Of a DNA stretch of 64,000 nucleotides, positions 22,956-32,549 are shown in pieces. Positions within the stretch are counted from its first letter, which is position 1, and every line of letters begins with the position of its first letter. This DNA comes from Hydrurus foetidus (Eukaryota). Under the pieces are notes generated by a model, which was not told the origin of the DNA, made no database searches, and saw nothing but the letters and a program-made list of their open reading frames with translations. The stretch spans positions 248,001-312,000 of the forward strand of contig UYFQ01000506.1 in NCBI GenBank assembly GCA_900617105.1, in the 5' to 3' direction. A program made the translations under genes and the position numbers.

Positions 22956-24193
22956 ATGACGCGATCTTCAATCCTAGCAGCGGTCTCCATACTCGCCCTG
23001 GCGGCGGCCGCACCCCGCGCGGCCTGTGCGGGTGATCTGCTGTCGCGTGACTCGTTTTCGGGCGTGATTATCGCCGGGCCGTCTGTGGGATCCGGCGAAG
23101 CATCCTGGCTTAAGGGCGGACTGGGCAAGCTTCAGACCGGCGGAGATCAGGTCCGGGGCGAGGGCTCGGCGATCGTGGCCTGGCGAGGAAGCTTCAACGA
23201 GCGCATCGGCGCTCTGGTGTCTGCGGATGCCCAATCCCTGGCCAATTCCGACGTTGGGCTCGACGAAGCCTATGTCACTCTGAGGCCCACACTCGGCGCC
23301 GCCCTGCGTCTGTCCGGGCGCGCGGGCCTGTTCTTCCCGCCCGTCTCGCTGGAGCACGATGGCGCCGAATGGTCCCTGGCCCGCACCCTGACGCCATCGG
23401 CGATCAACAGCTGGATTGCAGAGGAAGTGAAGGTGGCAGGCGCGGAGGTGACCTTGCGCAGCGCCTTTGCAGGCCAGCCGATCGGCGTCACAGTCGCAGC
23501 GTTCCAGGGCAATGACACCTCGGGAACCTTGCTGACGTTTCGCGGCTGGGCGCTGCACGACCTGCGCGCCAATCTAGGCAAAACCTTCAAGCTTCCGACC
23601 GTGCCAACGATGTTTGCCGGCAAGCAAGCCCAAGTCACTCGGCCGGTCGATGAGGTCGATGGTCGCTGGGGCGGCTATGTCCGACTGGACTATGCGCCGG
23701 CCTCGACCCTGGCGCTGAGCCTGTTCGCCTATGACAACAACGGCGACCGCACGACCGTGACCGATGGCCAGTACGCGTGGCGCACGCGATTCGTGCAGGC
23801 CGCCGCCCGTTGGACCCCAGACGCCAACACCGAGGTCCTGGTTCAGGCGATGACCGGCGAGTCAGCGATGGGGCCCTCGGTCAAAGGCCGCCAGCCGGCC
23901 GATGTCGGCTTCGCCGCTGCCTATCTGCTGGCGTCACGAACCCTGGAGACCGGAACCGCCACAGTGAGGCTGGATCAGTTCTCGGTCAGCGACCGCACGT
24001 TCAAGGCGCTCGACAACAATGCCGAGCACGGCTGGGCCGCCACCGCGGCCTGGTCGTTCCCCGTTCGCGAGGAGCCGAGATCGTGCTGGAGGGTGTCGCC
24101 GTCCATAATGTTCGGCAGGACCGTGCGCGCTTTGGCGAGGCTGCTCGCCAGGACAGCGTTCAGGGCCGGGCGGCGTTCCGGACCAGCTTTTAG
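22956..24193 (+). CDS. Exported protein, probable outer-membrane beta-barrel; frameshift near 3' end
   Basis: Signal peptide, amphipathic beta-strand pattern, RAGLFFPPVSLEH..TLTPSAINSWIAEE, likely terminal Phe (..RTSF*). Confidence 0.65.
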
Positions 24194-24495
24194 ACCGAGA
24201 TATTGACGCGAGCGCCGACGACCATGCCGCCGAGTGGCCTTGCCGGAGCACTGTCGGCGAAGGCGCTGAGCTGACCGCCAAAAGTCACTGCGGCCTGGCC
24301 GTCGTAGGTCGGATCGAAGGTCCTGGCGGCGGCGCGCTCGATGTCCTCCGGACGGTTCTTGGCATTGATCCCGAACGGACCGTCGTTGGGGTGGGCCGGA
24401 TCGATATGCTTCTTGGCGTTGTCCACGTCCGTGCAGTTCTTGCACGAGAAGCCATTGACGTTGACCGGGGTCGGATAGTCGCCGCTGATCGCCAT
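24190..24495 (-). CDS. Small hypothetical protein with CxxC and His motif
   Basis: MAISGDYPTPVNVNGFSCKNCTDVDNAKKHIDPAHP; native-like codon use; RBS GGGAG. Confidence 0.8.
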   Translation of the reverse strand: MAISGDYPTPVNVNGFSCKNCTDVDNAKKHIDPAHPNDGPFGINAKNRPEDIERAAARTFDPTYDGQAAVTFGGQLSAFADSAPARPLGGMVVGARVNISV

Positions 24496-24520
24496 GGTTC
24501 TCCCCTGTTCCGTGACCCTA

Positions 24521-24546
24521 TTCGATGGGGGACGCAAAAAGGTTAC
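24521..24546 (-). promoter_or_regulatory. SigF/ECF16-type promoter
   Basis: GTAACC-N16-CGAA on the minus strand, 25 nt upstream of ATG 24495. Confidence 0.75.
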
Positions 24547-24679
24547 GGGCGAGGCGAAGATTCTGGAGCAGCGTCTCTAGGCCCACGGCTGACCTGGGTC
24601 CACTGCCGTAGCTGCTTCGTTGAAGAGCGTAGTGACCTTGCCGGGATCGGGCCCCGGGCCCTCTTCATGGCTTGAATGT

Positions 24680-25958
24680 CTAGCTCCGGTTCGGGAAGTG
24701 AGCGTCCAGGAACTGCAGAAACAGCGTCCAGTCCAGGGTCGTAACACCGTGTGTGCCCTTGCGGATGAAGAAGGCCTGCGGTCGAGCGAGGTCATGCTCG
24801 GCCATGCGGGTTTGGGCGAAGGCCTGCGCACCATAGATCTCATAGACGGGCGAGGCGGCCTGCACCGCGCGAAACGCGCCGGCCGGGTCAGACCAGGCGT
24901 CCCGGTCACCTGAGCCGATCAGCACAGGACGCGGCGCGATGAGCGCCAGGAGCTGGTGCTGATCGACGGGGATCTCGTCTTCGCGCCCGGCATAGGTAGC
25001 GAAACGCGGCGTGAACCAGAACCCGAAGGACTTGGTGATCTGGGCCACGCTTTCGCCCGCCTCGCTGCGGGTCAGGGCGGCTCCGCCGCGCCCGGACTGG
25101 TGGGCGATCACGGCAGCGATCTGCGGGTCGGTCGCGGCTGCGAGTAGCGCCGCCTTGCCGTTTCGCGAATGTCCCCATGCGACCACCGGCACATTCTGCA
25201 GGCCTGGCTCCTGACTCAGGCTCTGGCCCAATGCGGAGTACAGCCATGCCCAGGCCGCCAGAGCCCCTCCGGGCGCGAGACGTGAGGGTTGGCCATAGAG
25301 CCGGGCGAGCGCAGCCGTCGCCATCTTCGGATCGTCGGGCACAAGGTCGCCAGCATAGACCATGGCGACGGCATAGCCGCGCTCGGTGATGAGGCTCAGA
25401 GGCGGCGCGTGCGGGTAGCGGCCCAGGATGATGTGGCTCAGCGTTTCCATCGGATCACCGCAGGGCCCGGGAGGGTCGGCCAGGGACCGAACTTCGTCGA
25501 TCCGATTGTGGACAGCGACCGCATTGCCGCAAAAATTCTGGAGGATGATCAGCGCCCGGGGCCGGGTCGAGCCACCGGGCTGGACCAGAACGACATTAAC
25601 CCGGCCCCGATCACCGCCCTGGCCAAACCCAATGGTCAATTGCTGCATCCGGGTCCCGCGCGACGCGGTCGGCGGCAAACGGTGTGCGCGCCAAAACCTG
25701 GCTGGGAAGAGCGGGGGGCATTTCGCCATAAACAGAGGTGGCCAGGGCCGACCGCAGCAACGGAGCCCGGCGCGTCTCCCAGGCTTCTACGGATCCGATT
25801 GGCGGGTCGCCGCGATAGGGGCCCAGGACGTCAGGCGAGGCCGGCGGGCCGCCTATGACATCCGGAACCTTGGGGAAAATCTGTGAGTAGCTGACGCGGG
25901 CCACAGCCACCGTGGCCAACAAAGCGAACAATCCCAGCCCGAGCTTTCCTAGCTTCAT
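24680..25958 (-). CDS. CE15-like (glucuronoyl/acetylxylan esterase-type) alpha/beta-hydrolase; frameshift near 25680-25730
   Basis: GALAAWAW, GHSRNGKAAL, QSGRGGAAL, DQHQLLALIAPRP, WSDP. Confidence 0.8.
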
Positions 25959-26067
25959 CGCGCCTCCTTGGGCCTGATGGCCACCCGCATCCAGCCTTGG
26001 GTCAAGGGCCAAACCTTCACCATGCCAAATCGTTGCACAGCGGTGTGACGGCTTTTTCCGGGGACCC

Positions 26068-26094
26068 TGTAACCTTTGACCAGCTCCCAACGTA
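26068..26094 (+). promoter_or_regulatory. SigF/ECF16-type promoter
   Basis: TGTAACC-N16-CGTA, about 120 nt upstream of the YHS gene. Confidence 0.65.
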
Positions 26095-26214
26095 CTGGCT
26101 CATATATCGAAGATCTCCGTTGAAATGGCGGCGCAAGCCTGCTGTTCGATCGGGGCACTCGATCCCCATTTGTCGCGCCTCCGGGCGCTGTCGAAACCAT
26201 GCAGGATCAAGACA

Positions 26215-26673
26215 ATGCTGAAAGCCGTCATCGTTGCGACCACCGTCGCCCTGGCCCTAACGACCCTTCCAAGCGCAGCGCTCGCAGCCAAGCCGGAAAT
26301 CTATACCTCGGCGTTCTCCAATGTAGCGGTCGAAGGCTATGACCCCGTTGCCTATTTCACTCAGAGCAAGCCAGTAAAGGGCTCCGAAGCGTTCACGACG
26401 ACGTACAAGGGCGCGGAGTATCGCTTCTCCTCAGCGGCCAATCTCGCCCGCTTCAAGACCAGCCCCAGCGCCTACGCGCCACAATTTGGCGGCTATTGCG
26501 CCTGGGCTGTCTCACAGAACTATACCGCGAAGGGCGACGCCCAGTACTGGCGCGTTGTCGGCGGCAAGCTCTATTTGAACTACAACGCCGATGTTCAAAA
26601 GAAGTGGGAAAAGAACATTTCTGGATTTATCGCTCAGGGCAATAGCAACTGGCCGACCGTGCTTCAGAAATAG
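26215..26673 (+). CDS. Secreted YHS-domain protein (copy 2)
   Basis: Signal peptide; AVEGYDPVAYF, YAPQFGGYCAWAVS, GKLYLNYN, NWP. Confidence 0.92.
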   Translation: MLKAVIVATTVALALTTLPSAALAAKPEIYTSAFSNVAVEGYDPVAYFTQSKPVKGSEAFTTTYKGAEYRFSSAANLARFKTSPSAYAPQFGGYCAWAVSQNYTAKGDAQYWRVVGGKLYLNYNADVQKKWEKNISGFIAQGNSNWPTVLQK

Positions 26674-26728
26674 TCCAGACGCCGACTGGCTCAGTGGATA
26701 CTATTCGATGCAATCCAGGGGGAATCCT

Positions 26729-27213
26729 GTGTCACAAATAATTCGCTTTTTGCCGCATGTCATGGCGGTTTTCATGTCTGCCGTGTTTCTCGATAGTCTT
26801 CGCTTCAAGTTTCTCAACCTGCCGCAGACCCAGGTGATCTTTGGCCGGCTGGATGGTTGGGCGGCGACGCTTGGCGCGGGGGGGCTGTTCGCCCAGACGG
26901 GCCTCTTCTCTCAGTACGTCATCGGCGCGATTGAGCTGCTGGCCGCGAGCCTGCTGCTGATCGGGATCATGCCGCGCTATCGCCATCTGCAGGCCGGCGG
27001 CGCTCTAGCGGGTCTGCTGGTGATGACAGGGTTTCATCAGCTTCCACCTTCACGCCGCTTGGCGATCCCAACAATGACGGCGCGGGGCTGTTCGTGGCCG
27101 CTTGCTTGAACTGGGCTTTCGCGGTTGGTCTGCTGGCGGTGTTCCGCCGTCAGCAGTTGCTCGTCCTGGGCGAACGCGTGCTGTCGATCTTCGCACCGAG
27201 CGGAAAGCCCTGA
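26729..27213 (+). CDS. DoxX-like membrane protein; frameshifted at 3' end
   Basis: VFLDSLRFKF, QYVIGAIELLAASLLL, ISFHL.TP; several hydrophobic helices. Confidence 0.7.
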
Positions 27214-28187
27214 TGATCATGATACCAGCGCAGCGGCGGGGTGGAAGGCGGGCTTCGTCCCCTCCCACTCTGCACGGTAATCTGTGGACTGATGATTTGG
27301 CCTTCCGCAGGGGCGTCGTCGAGGTCAGGACCACGGGCGCAGCAGTACCTCTTGACGCTGCTTTGGCGTGGGATGTGGCGCGCTGGCTGGCCTTTTATCT
27401 GCCCGTGCGGGTTAAGGCCGGGCTTCATCGTCTTGTGAAGCCCGGGCCGCGCGTGGCGTTCATGCCGCATGCGCCGCGACCCTGGTACCTGATCTGGGTG
27501 GCCTCGGCCTGGGCCGGCGCGCGCTTCGTGCGTGATCCGGCGGCGGCCGAGGTTGTGTTCAGGTTCGAGGATCAGACCATTGCCGAGCCATCTCCGGCAG
27601 ATGCTGGTGCGATCAACGGGGCCTGCCTCGATGTGTCCAAGTCCAGGGTTGCGGCGGTTTTCGAAGAGGTCTTCGGCTATGCGCTGTCGATTGATCCGGA
27701 AGTCCACCAGGGCCCCGCTGTCGAAAAGGGCGAGGCCAATGGCGTTCATGACGGCCGGATCGTTCAGTGCCCGACTCCGCGACTGCCAGGGAGGACCTAT
27801 CAACGCTTGATCGACAATATCGAGGATGGCCTGTCCACCGACCTGCGCACCCCGTTTGTCGGCGGCGCTCCGGCCCTGGTCTACATAAAGCAACGGCCCA
27901 AGTCGGCCCGGTTCGCCAACATGAACAGTCGCGTGAGACTGACCACGCCGGACGCCGTGTATTCGCCCTCAGAGATCGAAACGCTGGCAGCTTTTGCCAA
28001 GGGAATGAATCTGGACTGGGGGGGGCTCGACGTCCTGCGCGATCGCGCCGACGGTCGGCTCTATGTGGTCGATGTCAACAAGACCGACATGGGTCCGCCC
28101 TTGTCCCTTCCTTGGCTGGACAAGTTGAGGTCGACCCGGACGATCGCCAGGGCGCTCAAACCCCTTTTGCAAGGCGCAAGGCCGTGA
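27213..28187 (+). CDS. Divergent ATP-grasp (RimK/GshB-like fold) protein of unknown function
   Basis: DVSKSRV, VEKGEANGVHDG, YQRLID, DLR, GGLDVLRDRADGRLYVVDVN; start overlaps DoxX-like stop (TGATG). Confidence 0.7.
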   Translation: MIMIPAQRRGGRRASSPPTLHGNLWTDDLAFRRGVVEVRTTGAAVPLDAALAWDVARWLAFYLPVRVKAGLHRLVKPGPRVAFMPHAPRPWYLIWVASAWAGARFVRDPAAAEVVFRFEDQTIAEPSPADAGAINGACLDVSKSRVAAVFEEVFGYALSIDPEVHQGPAVEKGEANGVHDGRIVQCPTPRLPGRTYQRLIDNIEDGLSTDLRTPFVGGAPALVYIKQRPKSARFANMNSRVRLTTPDAVYSPSEIETLAAFAKGMNLDWGGLDVLRDRADGRLYVVDVNKTDMGPPLSLPWLDKLRSTRTIARALKPLLQGARP

Positions 28188-29143
28188 TTCCATTCGTTCG
28201 CGATTTTGAATTTGACTATGCGCAGGTCAAATCGGTGTCGCCGCTGATCCGCCGTATCGTCGCGCGCAATCCGGGGCCCTTCACCTTCACCGGGACGGGC
28301 ACATACCTGATCGGCCGTGACGAACCCGGCGCAGAAATCTTTGTCATCGATCCGGGCCCCGAGCTGGATGAGCATCTGGGGGCGATCCTGGCCGCGACGA
28401 CGGGACAGAGGCTGACCCGGATCTTCGTGACCCACGCCCATATGGACCACTCACCACTGGCGCGCGCCTTGGCGGAGCGGACGGGCGCGGTGATCTATGC
28501 GGGTCCCGAGCCCTGCCAGCCGTCCAACGGGGGCATTCGGCTGGAGGCGGGAGACGATCTGAGCTTTACGCCCGATGTTCCGCTTCGTGACGGCGAGCTG
28601 TTTATGGCTGACGGCTGGACGCTGGAAGCCCTGGCGACGCCGGGCCACACGGCCAGTCACTATGGCTATGTCCTGCAAGACGAGCAGGCGCTGTTTCCCG
28701 GTGACTGCGTGATGGGCTGGTCCACGACGATCATCAGTCCGCCAGACGGCGACATGGGCGCCTATATGGCCACCCTGGCCCGGATCCGGGCGCGCGGTTT
28801 CTCGACGCTATGGCCGACCCACGGCCCGCCGATCACGCAGCCAGGGCCGTTCCTGGACGCCTATATCGCCCATCGGCGGCAGCGCGAGGCTCAGATCGTT
28901 GAGGCCTTGGCGCACCGTGGCTCGGCAAAGATCCGCACTCTGGTGCCTGAACTTTACGCCGGGATCGAGACGCGCCTTTACCCGGCAGCCTCGCACTCCA
29001 TGCTGGCGCACCTGATCGAACTGGTGCGTCGCGGCGTTGTCGAGAGCGATGGCGCGCCGGCCATAGACACGGTGTATCGGGCGGTGCGTTCCGACGTTCA
29101 ATGCAGTGAAGGTGCTGTCAAAAGGTCCGCCGGGTGGTCCTGA
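28184..29143 (+). CDS. Metallo-beta-lactamase-fold hydrolase (LACTB2-like with wHTH tail)
   Basis: NPGPFTFTGTGTY, THAHMDH, TPGHTASH, FPGDCVMG, PTHGP. Confidence 0.93.
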   Translation: MIPFVRDFEFDYAQVKSVSPLIRRIVARNPGPFTFTGTGTYLIGRDEPGAEIFVIDPGPELDEHLGAILAATTGQRLTRIFVTHAHMDHSPLARALAERTGAVIYAGPEPCQPSNGGIRLEAGDDLSFTPDVPLRDGELFMADGWTLEALATPGHTASHYGYVLQDEQALFPGDCVMGWSTTIISPPDGDMGAYMATLARIRARGFSTLWPTHGPPITQPGPFLDAYIAHRRQREAQIVEALAHRGSAKIRTLVPELYAGIETRLYPAASHSMLAHLIELVRRGVVESDGAPAIDTVYRAVRSDVQCSEGAVKRSAGWS

Positions 29144-30342
29144 GCCCGCTACCGGGCTGGCGCGATCGACGCCTGATGACAGGCTTTCCGCCCAATCCCG
29201 CCGAGCGTGTGACGCGGGACAACTGGAACCGGTTTCCTCATTCCATCTGGGCGTTCCAGCATGCGCGGCAGCTGTTTCGCAGCAGCGGCGTAGCCCGGTC
29301 GCAAAGTCCGCGCACCTTGCCGGTCGCCCTTGCGGATCTCGAGTCGCTGCGCATTCCTGGCCCAATCGGCCAGGGCATGGGCTGGCGCGACTATTTGGAG
29401 GCCACCCATACGGATGCGGTGGTGGTCCTGCATCGCGGGGTGATCGTCGAGGAGCGCTATGGCCGTGACATGACGCCGGCGAAGCCGCACATGGTGTTCT
29501 CGATCACCAAATCCCTTGTCGGCCTGGTGGCGGAGATCCTGGCCGCCGAGGGGGCAATCGACCTGTCCAGCCTGACCGAGCACCATGTGCCGGAACTGGC
29601 CGCAAGCGCCTTCGCGGGCGCTTCGATCCGCGATCTGCTCGACATGGTCGACGGGGCGGCGTTCGATGAGACCTACGCCAATCCCGAGGCTGACATCCAT
29701 GCCTGGTCGCCGGCCTATTGGGGGCCGAAGGCCGGCCAGCCGCCCTCGGCCGGCGTCTACGAAGCCCTCACCGGCTTGACCCGCCGTGCGGCGCCGCCGG
29801 GATCACGCTTCGCCTATCGCACGCCTGTCGGGGACGTTATCGGCTGGGTGCTGCAAAGGGCCACAGGCCAGGCTCTGAGCGAATTGATCGCGACGCGACT
29901 CTGGGAGCCGATGGGGGCCGAGCACGACGCCTATCTGATCGTGGATCCCGCAGGTCAGGAGATCGCCGCGACGGGCTTCAATGCCACCGCTCGCGATCTG
30001 GCGCGTCTGGCCCTCTTGCTCCTGGAGGATGGCCGGCTGGCCGGGCAGACTATTGTGCCCTTCGGAGCGATCGCCAGTCTGAGGCAAGGTGGCGACAGGA
30101 CCCTGTTTGCGGCCGCCGACCAGCCGACCCGACCCGGCTGGTCCTATCGCAGTCTCTGGTGGCACACCCACAATGCCAATGGTGCCTTTTGTGCGCTCGG
30201 CGTCTACGGCCAGAGGCTGTTCATCGACCCAAGCCATCACCTGGCCGTCGTGCGGCTTGGCTCGCACCCCGACGCCGGCAGCGCGACGACGGACGCCCTT
30301 CATGCCGCTGCATTCGACGCCCTGGTCGAGGCTCTAAACTGA
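29134..30342 (+). CDS. Serine hydrolase, NylB/class C beta-lactamase-like amidase
   Basis: SxxK (FSITKS), FAYRT, NATARDLARL, LGVYGQRLFIDP. Confidence 0.9.
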   Translation: MVLSPLPGWRDRRLMTGFPPNPAERVTRDNWNRFPHSIWAFQHARQLFRSSGVARSQSPRTLPVALADLESLRIPGPIGQGMGWRDYLEATHTDAVVVLHRGVIVEERYGRDMTPAKPHMVFSITKSLVGLVAEILAAEGAIDLSSLTEHHVPELAASAFAGASIRDLLDMVDGAAFDETYANPEADIHAWSPAYWGPKAGQPPSAGVYEALTGLTRRAAPPGSRFAYRTPVGDVIGWVLQRATGQALSELIATRLWEPMGAEHDAYLIVDPAGQEIAATGFNATARDLARLALLLLEDGRLAGQTIVPFGAIASLRQGGDRTLFAAADQPTRPGWSYRSLWWHTHNANGAFCALGVYGQRLFIDPSHHLAVVRLGSHPDAGSATTDALHAAAFDALVEALN

Positions 30343-30426
30343 TGTCGGCAAGATCCAGGGGCCTGGGTGATGCCTCATGCGCCTTGGCTGTCCGGCGGGC
30401 ATTGGGGGCCGGTGAGGGCCCCCGCC

Positions 30427-31178
30427 TCAGAGCCGTTGGATCGCTGAGATCGGTGCCCGAAACTGGATCATGTCAGCCACCCGGACCCGCCGTCCGACGA
30501 TGAAGACCTGATCGGCGACAAAGGGCAGGACCGCGCGCGTAGTGGGGGCGACCGCTTTCGTCGAGAAACACCGGAGCCTCCCCCGTGCCGCAGCCTTCGG
30601 CGCAGAATGCCAGGGGCAGCCCACCCTGGCACAGAGCGTGGCGCAGGCCTTGTGAGTCTTGCCGAAGCCGGGCCGCATGGCCCCGAACCAGCACTTGGCG
30701 TCAAGGATTTCGCCGACCAGTCCCGCCGGGCCGAGATCCTCTTCGGGGCCGAGATCCAGGGCCGTCGCCGGCTGTTGTGCAGCAGGAGCGATCCAGTCCA
30801 CGCCATCAGCCACTGCCAGCATCGCGTGATCACCGCGCTGGATCAGGCTGGCGGTGATACAGACGGTCTGGCCGACCAGTTGGGCTGGCAGCCGAACAGC
30901 AGTCTTCCTGAAGGTGCCAGGAAGGCCGTGCGCGGTAGGCCGCCCAGGTCAAGCGTCCGCAACATGGGGTAGGGCGCGGCGACTAGCAGTCCGCTCCAGG
31001 TGCGCACGGCGCCCTGATCCCAGTTGCCGTCGCCCGGCGCGTTCTGCAGACGACCCAGAGCCGATCCGAGCCCTGCGGCGCCGGCGACGAGTGTGATCCC
31101 GGCCCCCAGAACGAAGCGGCGATCGACGCTGGGAATGTCGTTCGACCAGCCCACGAAGAAGGTATCGCGCTTTTTCAT
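30427..31178 (-). CDS. Membrane-anchored hypothetical protein with Cys/His cluster; frameshifted
   Basis: FFVGW, RRFVLGAG plus TM; GEILDAKCWFGAMRPGFGKTHKACATLCARGG. Confidence 0.75.
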
Positions 31179-32191
31179 GCCATGGCCTCTGGCGTTGTAC
31201 GCACATAGACGACGCCGTCCGTGACGCGGATGGCGAAGGTCGCCACCCTGTCGGTGAACGGCGCTGGAGCGCGGCCGTCGATCAGCCTGAACTGAAAGCC
31301 GTGCCACGGGCAAGTCACGCAGCCGTCCAGCACCCGGCCTTCGCCAAGCGGGCCTCCTTGGTGGGCACAGAGATTTGAAATCGCATACAGGTTGTCGCCG
31401 TCGCGGAACACGGCGATGCGCTCGCCTTCCGGAGCCACCACAATCTTCGCGCGGCCGTCCTCGATGTCGCTGGGGAGCCCGACACGAAGCCAGCCACCGG
31501 CCTCGGATACCGCCGTCCGTTGATCGAAGCGAACCTCGCGTCGTCCGGCCAGCACATGCAGCAAGGTCAGCAGGGCAGCACCGGAACCGACGATGACAGC
31601 ATAGGCTAGGCCCTTTTGGCCCTGCACAGCGCCCAGCATGACGTGAGCGACAATCAGAGCATAGGCCCCGTAGACGCTCATATGAATGGCTTTCCAGAGC
31701 CCCGGCCCCAGATTGGCATTCCAGAAATCGTGACTGGTCGCGGCCATCACGAACAGGACCAGCAGCGCGCCGAGGCCCAGGGCCTCGAACGGGAAGCCCT
31801 GAAGGGAGCCGTAGCGCGGGTTCGAGATCAGCAGCGAGACCAGCGGGTTGAGGTCGGAGAAGCCGTGGTACCAGACGACGACCAAGGCGGCATGGATCAT
31901 GGCCAGGCCAAAGCACGTCACGCCGAGATGGCGGCGATTGTAGAGCAATGGCAGGAACCGGGGCGAGAAACGGGCCAGCGGTCCGATCATCAGAATGACC
32001 GTCAGCAGTGAAAGCGCCGCCGCGCCGAACGCCCGGATCAGGATCTGAATGAGTTGCGGGCGACCGTCAGGAAAGGCGGTCAGGGCCGATCCGACAAAGG
32101 CGGTGATGAAGGTTGCCACAGCCAGACCAAGGCCGATGTCGAACGCCTTCTTGTACAGCGTCCACTGAACAGGTCTGTACCCATGTGCCAT
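31175..32191 (-). CDS. Ferric-reductase/MsrQ-like transmembrane domain fused to a C-terminal Rieske 2Fe-2S domain
   Basis: NRRHLGV..MIH and WKAIHMSVY..VAH heme-His pattern; CAHQGGPLGEG..TCPWHG. Confidence 0.9.
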   Translation of the reverse strand: MAHGYRPVQWTLYKKAFDIGLGLAVATFITAFVGSALTAFPDGRPQLIQILIRAFGAAALSLLTVILMIGPLARFSPRFLPLLYNRRHLGVTCFGLAMIHAALVVVWYHGFSDLNPLVSLLISNPRYGSLQGFPFEALGLGALLVLFVMAATSHDFWNANLGPGLWKAIHMSVYGAYALIVAHVMLGAVQGQKGLAYAVIVGSGAALLTLLHVLAGRREVRFDQRTAVSEAGGWLRVGLPSDIEDGRAKIVVAPEGERIAVFRDGDNLYAISNLCAHQGGPLGEGRVLDGCVTCPWHGFQFRLIDGRAPAPFTDRVATFAIRVTDGVVYVRTTPEAMA

Positions 32192-32331
32192 CAGCGCTGT
32201 GACCCGGTTTGGGCCGTGGCCGGTGGGGCCCTGTGCTGAGTGGCCAGGGTTGCAGCGCTCATGATGCCGATCAGCGCCAGGGCGAGCACCGGCCAGAGGC
32301 GTGCATGGGCTTTGCGCTGGGCGCGGTTCAT
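32191..32331 (-). CDS. 46-aa single-TM small protein
   Basis: MNRAQRKAHARLWPVLALALIGIMSAATLATQH..; start and stop overlap both neighbours. Confidence 0.7.
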   Translation of the reverse strand: MNRAQRKAHARLWPVLALALIGIMSAATLATQHRAPPATAQTGSQR

Positions 32332-32549
32332 GGGGCAAACCTTTTTGGCTTGAACAGCAGCACCAGAACGGCCGGCCAGAGTGCGATCAGGCCAGGGGCG
32401 AGAATGGCCTTGACCGACCAGGGTGCGGCGGCAGCCGATGCATCCAGGCGCTTCATCAGGCCCACGCTAAGCATGATCCAGAACAGCGCGCCCAAGCCCA
32501 GGTATCCAGCGAAGGCCATCCAGATCCAGGCCGCAAACTGTTCCGACAC
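32328..32549 (-). CDS. 73-aa two-TM membrane protein
   Basis: GTG start with RBS GGGAG; YLGLGALF..LDASAAAAPWSVKAILAPGLIALWP. Confidence 0.75.
   Translation of the reverse strand: MSEQFAAWIWMAFAGYLGLGALFWIMLSVGLMKRLDASAAAAPWSVKAILAPGLIALWPAVLVLLFKPKRFAP

Noticed and set aside
26490..26510. Selenocysteine recoding in the YHS protein
   Set aside because: Codon is TGC (Cys), not TGA
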